Source: Pocillopora damicornis (taxonomy: Eukaryota). From it: a stretch of 64,000 bases of DNA. Location of the stretch: assembly GCF_003704095.1 (NCBI RefSeq), contig NW_020846072.1, positions 62,001 through 126,000 on the forward strand. The letters are read 5' to 3'. The notes beneath the pieces were generated by a model. The model did no database searches. It worked only from the letters and a program-made list of their open reading frames with translations, and was not told where the DNA came from. The position numbers and the translations under genes were made by a program. Shown here piece after piece: positions 60,676 through 64,000 of the stretch (position 1 is its first letter; each line of letters opens with the position of its first letter).

Positions 60676-63162
60676 CGCGTGGCGGAGCCTATAAAGCGGT
60701 TTGTTTTGTTCCTCAGGGACTTAGCGTTTGGTTGTTGGGTAGTGAGTTAGTGGGAGGGGCTGTGGAGACATTTAGCACAATGACACGTTAGGCAAACTAA
60801 CTGCTTTGAATGGCCTACGGCTTGTTTTTGTGCCTTTAATCTTCATATGAAAGGGCTGGATTGTCTTGAGCTCTTTTGTGCGTGTCCTGCGCGTGGCTTC
60901 GATTATAATTAGTTGGCCAATACAATAGCGGTGCGTGCTGTCGTCAGACCTTTAGAAATCGCTAACAAAGTCAACAAGCGATCTTTCGTGTCGACTCTAT
61001 ATGCCGATCAATGGCGAGCCAGACTTTTGTTCTATCCACGTGCCTGCTCCCTGCACCGAATACTTCAGCTCGAGCAACCATTTTAAACCTCACGGCGGCC
61101 AGTAAGCTGCCAGCTCAGGCTTGGCTCTCGTGCACGACACCTTAACAGTAAACGGTTATGTTTAAGTTAGGGGGAAAAAAAAGATCACTTTGCGCGCACC
61201 ACTGCATAAGATTTATTTACAAATTTTTTTCTTATCTATTTATCACTAAGTAGACTAGGTTTTGCATTTTTCAGTCGCATATTTTACAAAGTCAACTGCC
61301 TTTTGCTGCGTGTGTCTCCAAGGAGAAGTCTCAAGTATGTCCGGTATCTAGTAATTAACAACTTTATCGCCTAGAGATAGTTTCTAGGTTCTGTAAGGAT
61401 TTGTGTGCATTGTTAGAGAAGCTGTTAGTTTGATAAACTGTTTACAATGCAAATCTTTCCTTGTATACGACTATTGCAATTGTTTTAGAACAGTTCTGTA
61501 CGTCCTGAGTAGAACAGCAAAAGCTCATTCGACACCATCAAGCGCTCTTTTTCGGAGGTTTCTTTGTGTGGGGTCCAATTAATCTTATCCATTGTGGGTT
61601 AAATTAATTCTTTTCCTTTTGTGACTGTCAGATCTTTTCCTTTCATCGATTTTATTTGCAGAGAATTTCAACTTTGACAACATTCCTTCACAACCGTTTA
61701 CCTACCGCTGCAGAGTAATGAGACATAAAACTGTTTTATTTCAGTCACAAATATTTGCTTTACAAAGAATTCCTGGCGCTCCTAGTTAGCGCAAAGGAAG
61801 CAGTCAATCAAGACACTTTGAATGTGGCACGCGAATATGGCACGAAATTAACGGCCAAAACGACGCCACTTGTCGCGATCCAAAACCTGATAATGTTCTT
61901 GAGTTTATCTCAATTTAAGTGGCGAGATGGCTTGAAATGTGTCATGGAGCGTGCTGTATTGACATTAATAACTGTCAACGCATATTTATAACTCATTTTC
62001 CTTCTTTTCCGTTTCGTGTTCTTTTTTATACCTGAAATCGTTTCTCGGAACAGGAACTACTGTTGAGGAGTTGGTAGAAGATATGCTTGCAGAGGTGGAC
62101 ATGCACAAACAAACATTTCCTTTGCTAGGTTATTATTTGATAATTCTGCTTACACGCGCCAAACGCGTGCCTGAAAGTTTGTCAATGGTAAATTACACCA
62201 TTGATTTACATTTTTAAGTCCGGTGTACACAGCGGCCAGACGCGGATATTGGTGAACATTACAGCTTCCTGTTTTCCCTGAGCCATGCAAACCCCTTGTG
62301 GTTCCCTTGGAAGCAAGCCGAAAGCTTGTAATATTAGCATCGGAATCTCACGCTCTCTTTACTCGAGATTCCGTTGCATGCGTTTTTTTCGGTTTCTGAG
62401 TAATGCTCTCCGTTTTGCATATCTATTCTTGTACTATCGACTTTTTAGTTGCCGTATTGTATAAAATCTATCATTCAAGACAGCTACAAGTGTTAACCGC
62501 TTGGGTCGCTGACAGTTGCATGAACGCATTAACGAAGTGCATGCACGAACGCTCTTCATTCGCGTGGCTTTTAAGTCCTAATTATTTAGCGGCACGCGGC
62601 TATAACTCTCGAAAGGAACTCGACACATATCGGCCCCCAAGTTAATGGCTTGTGGCTTAGAAAGAGTTTGCAGTGTGTCTTTCGATTGATTGTTATTTAC
62701 ATAGAGAGACACGGTTAATTGAATGGCTTTCTATTGAAACCAAAGCCGAAACACATTTCATGCTTCGTCACTGATTTAACAAATTGAAGTTCTTTTCATT
62801 AGTGGACGCGTCCTGTTCCCCAATTTGTCATAACAAGGAACTTTTTACAGGAAGGAAGATTCATCGCTCAAAGAGCTTGGATTTAATGGTTTATTGAACA
62901 GTAACAAAATTTAGAATTGAATTAAGTGCTCCTTGAGCGAAGCGTCCTAGCTGCTAAGATAAGGATATTGCGTTGGTGATAACGACTCTCTTATCTTAAC
63001 CTTTGCACGCTTTTGTTTCTGTAAACATCAAGTGCCGCCAAAGTGCTTTCAAAGAAGCTTCGATTGCGTTTTGTTTTTATTAAAATCAGCTTCGAAAATT
63101 GTAAATTCCTGTATGTGTATAATAGCGTGCCTTTTCCCTCAACTTGAATCAGACATCACGCG
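60676..63162. promoter_or_regulatory. Cluster of Hairy/E(spl)/HES class-C binding sites upstream of the ASCL gene
   Basis: CACGCG on either strand at 60676, 60890, 61828, 62153, 62164, 62561, 62593 and 63157; three are full GGCACGCG. Also GGCACGTG at 61037-61044 (minus) and N-box CACGAG at 61127-61132 (minus). Confidence 0.6.
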
Positions 63163-64000
63163 ATGAGTGATTCAGACATTCACTGGCATTGGCGTTTTGC
63201 TGATTGAGTTGAATTGATACGCTCGGATTTTTTTCCACTCGAAAACATACGTTATCTTGTATTTTATACTGTTCGAGCGGCTTTAGTAAAAGTTTTAGAC
63301 ACGGTTCATAACTTTTTATATTTTGTAACTGTTCATAAGCGGGCAATATCTTCTGTGGCGTGTGCCTCGTCACACAAGTTTCACCCTCAAAGATATCGCG
63401 TTTACACTCTTACTTTGTTAAGTAAAGTGAGGTTAGACACAACTAATGTCTGATAAAAAAAAAAAAAAAATTGTAACATGGCTTGGTGCCAATTAAAATA
63501 CCCCGGTGTCTATTAGAAATCATACCCTGTGGCAAACTGACGTTGATCTAGACACAGGAGGTTCCAAGTTCCCCTGGGTATCCTGTAATCTACCAAGTCA
63601 TACCGTGGGAGAGCTGTAAAGATGCCCTGGGGTAAACACGCAGATATGGGGCCGAGTTTGACTCTAGCGGGTACATTCAATAATCCTCACGCAAGTCGTA
63701 TATAAAGATGTTGTTACTCCTGCGCAATCCAGCTTTGAGTTATTGTAACTCATTGGGGCTGGGCAGACTCGTCGATGTCTACTTTTTTTTTTTGCCATGA
63801 CATTTTCTTTTTGAATTTGAGGTACTTTTTGCTAACTTCTAAACTTTGTGAGACTTTCCTCCTTTTGACACCGCATTTTTCCCATGTTTATACACTTATT
63901 GGAGATCTATATCATTCACGAATCCTTAAAAATCCATTTGACAATCCGAGAAACTTTGACTGATGATTTTGGGAACCAATCTCGAAACGAATCTCTTGCA

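Overview
Eukaryotic, AT-rich, intron-dense animal DNA. The interspersed repeats and gene structures look like a stony coral, possibly Pocilloporidae; this is inference only. I assembled four recognisable genes by hand from splice sites: a 28-exon carnitine O-palmitoyltransferase 1 (CPT1, +, 5148-22449, 764 aa, one GC-AG intron), an STK33 kinase (+, 26945-34568), a TMEM9/TMEM9B-family membrane protein (+, 37684-42080, with a tandemly duplicated exon-2 acceptor), and an achaete-scute bHLH gene (-, ~60011-60562). The 5' end of an unidentified gene (-, runs off the left edge) lies head-to-head with CPT1. An ~18 kb CpG-rich region with no recognisable gene separates TMEM9 from the ASCL gene. Highlights: (1) the STK33-TMEM9-ASCL neighbourhood mirrors human 11p15.4 (STK33...ASCL3-TMEM9B) and 1q32 (ASCL5-TMEM9), suggesting ancient microsynteny or a genomic regulatory block; (2) a dense cluster of Hairy/E(spl) class-C sites sits upstream of the ASCL gene; (3) TMEM9 has a possible poison acceptor; (4) a 1.25 kb foldback element lies upstream of TMEM9. 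No CRISPR array, rRNA, intact tRNA or autonomous transposon was found. Two assembly gaps are present. Most ORFs in the supplied track are spurious or partial exons.
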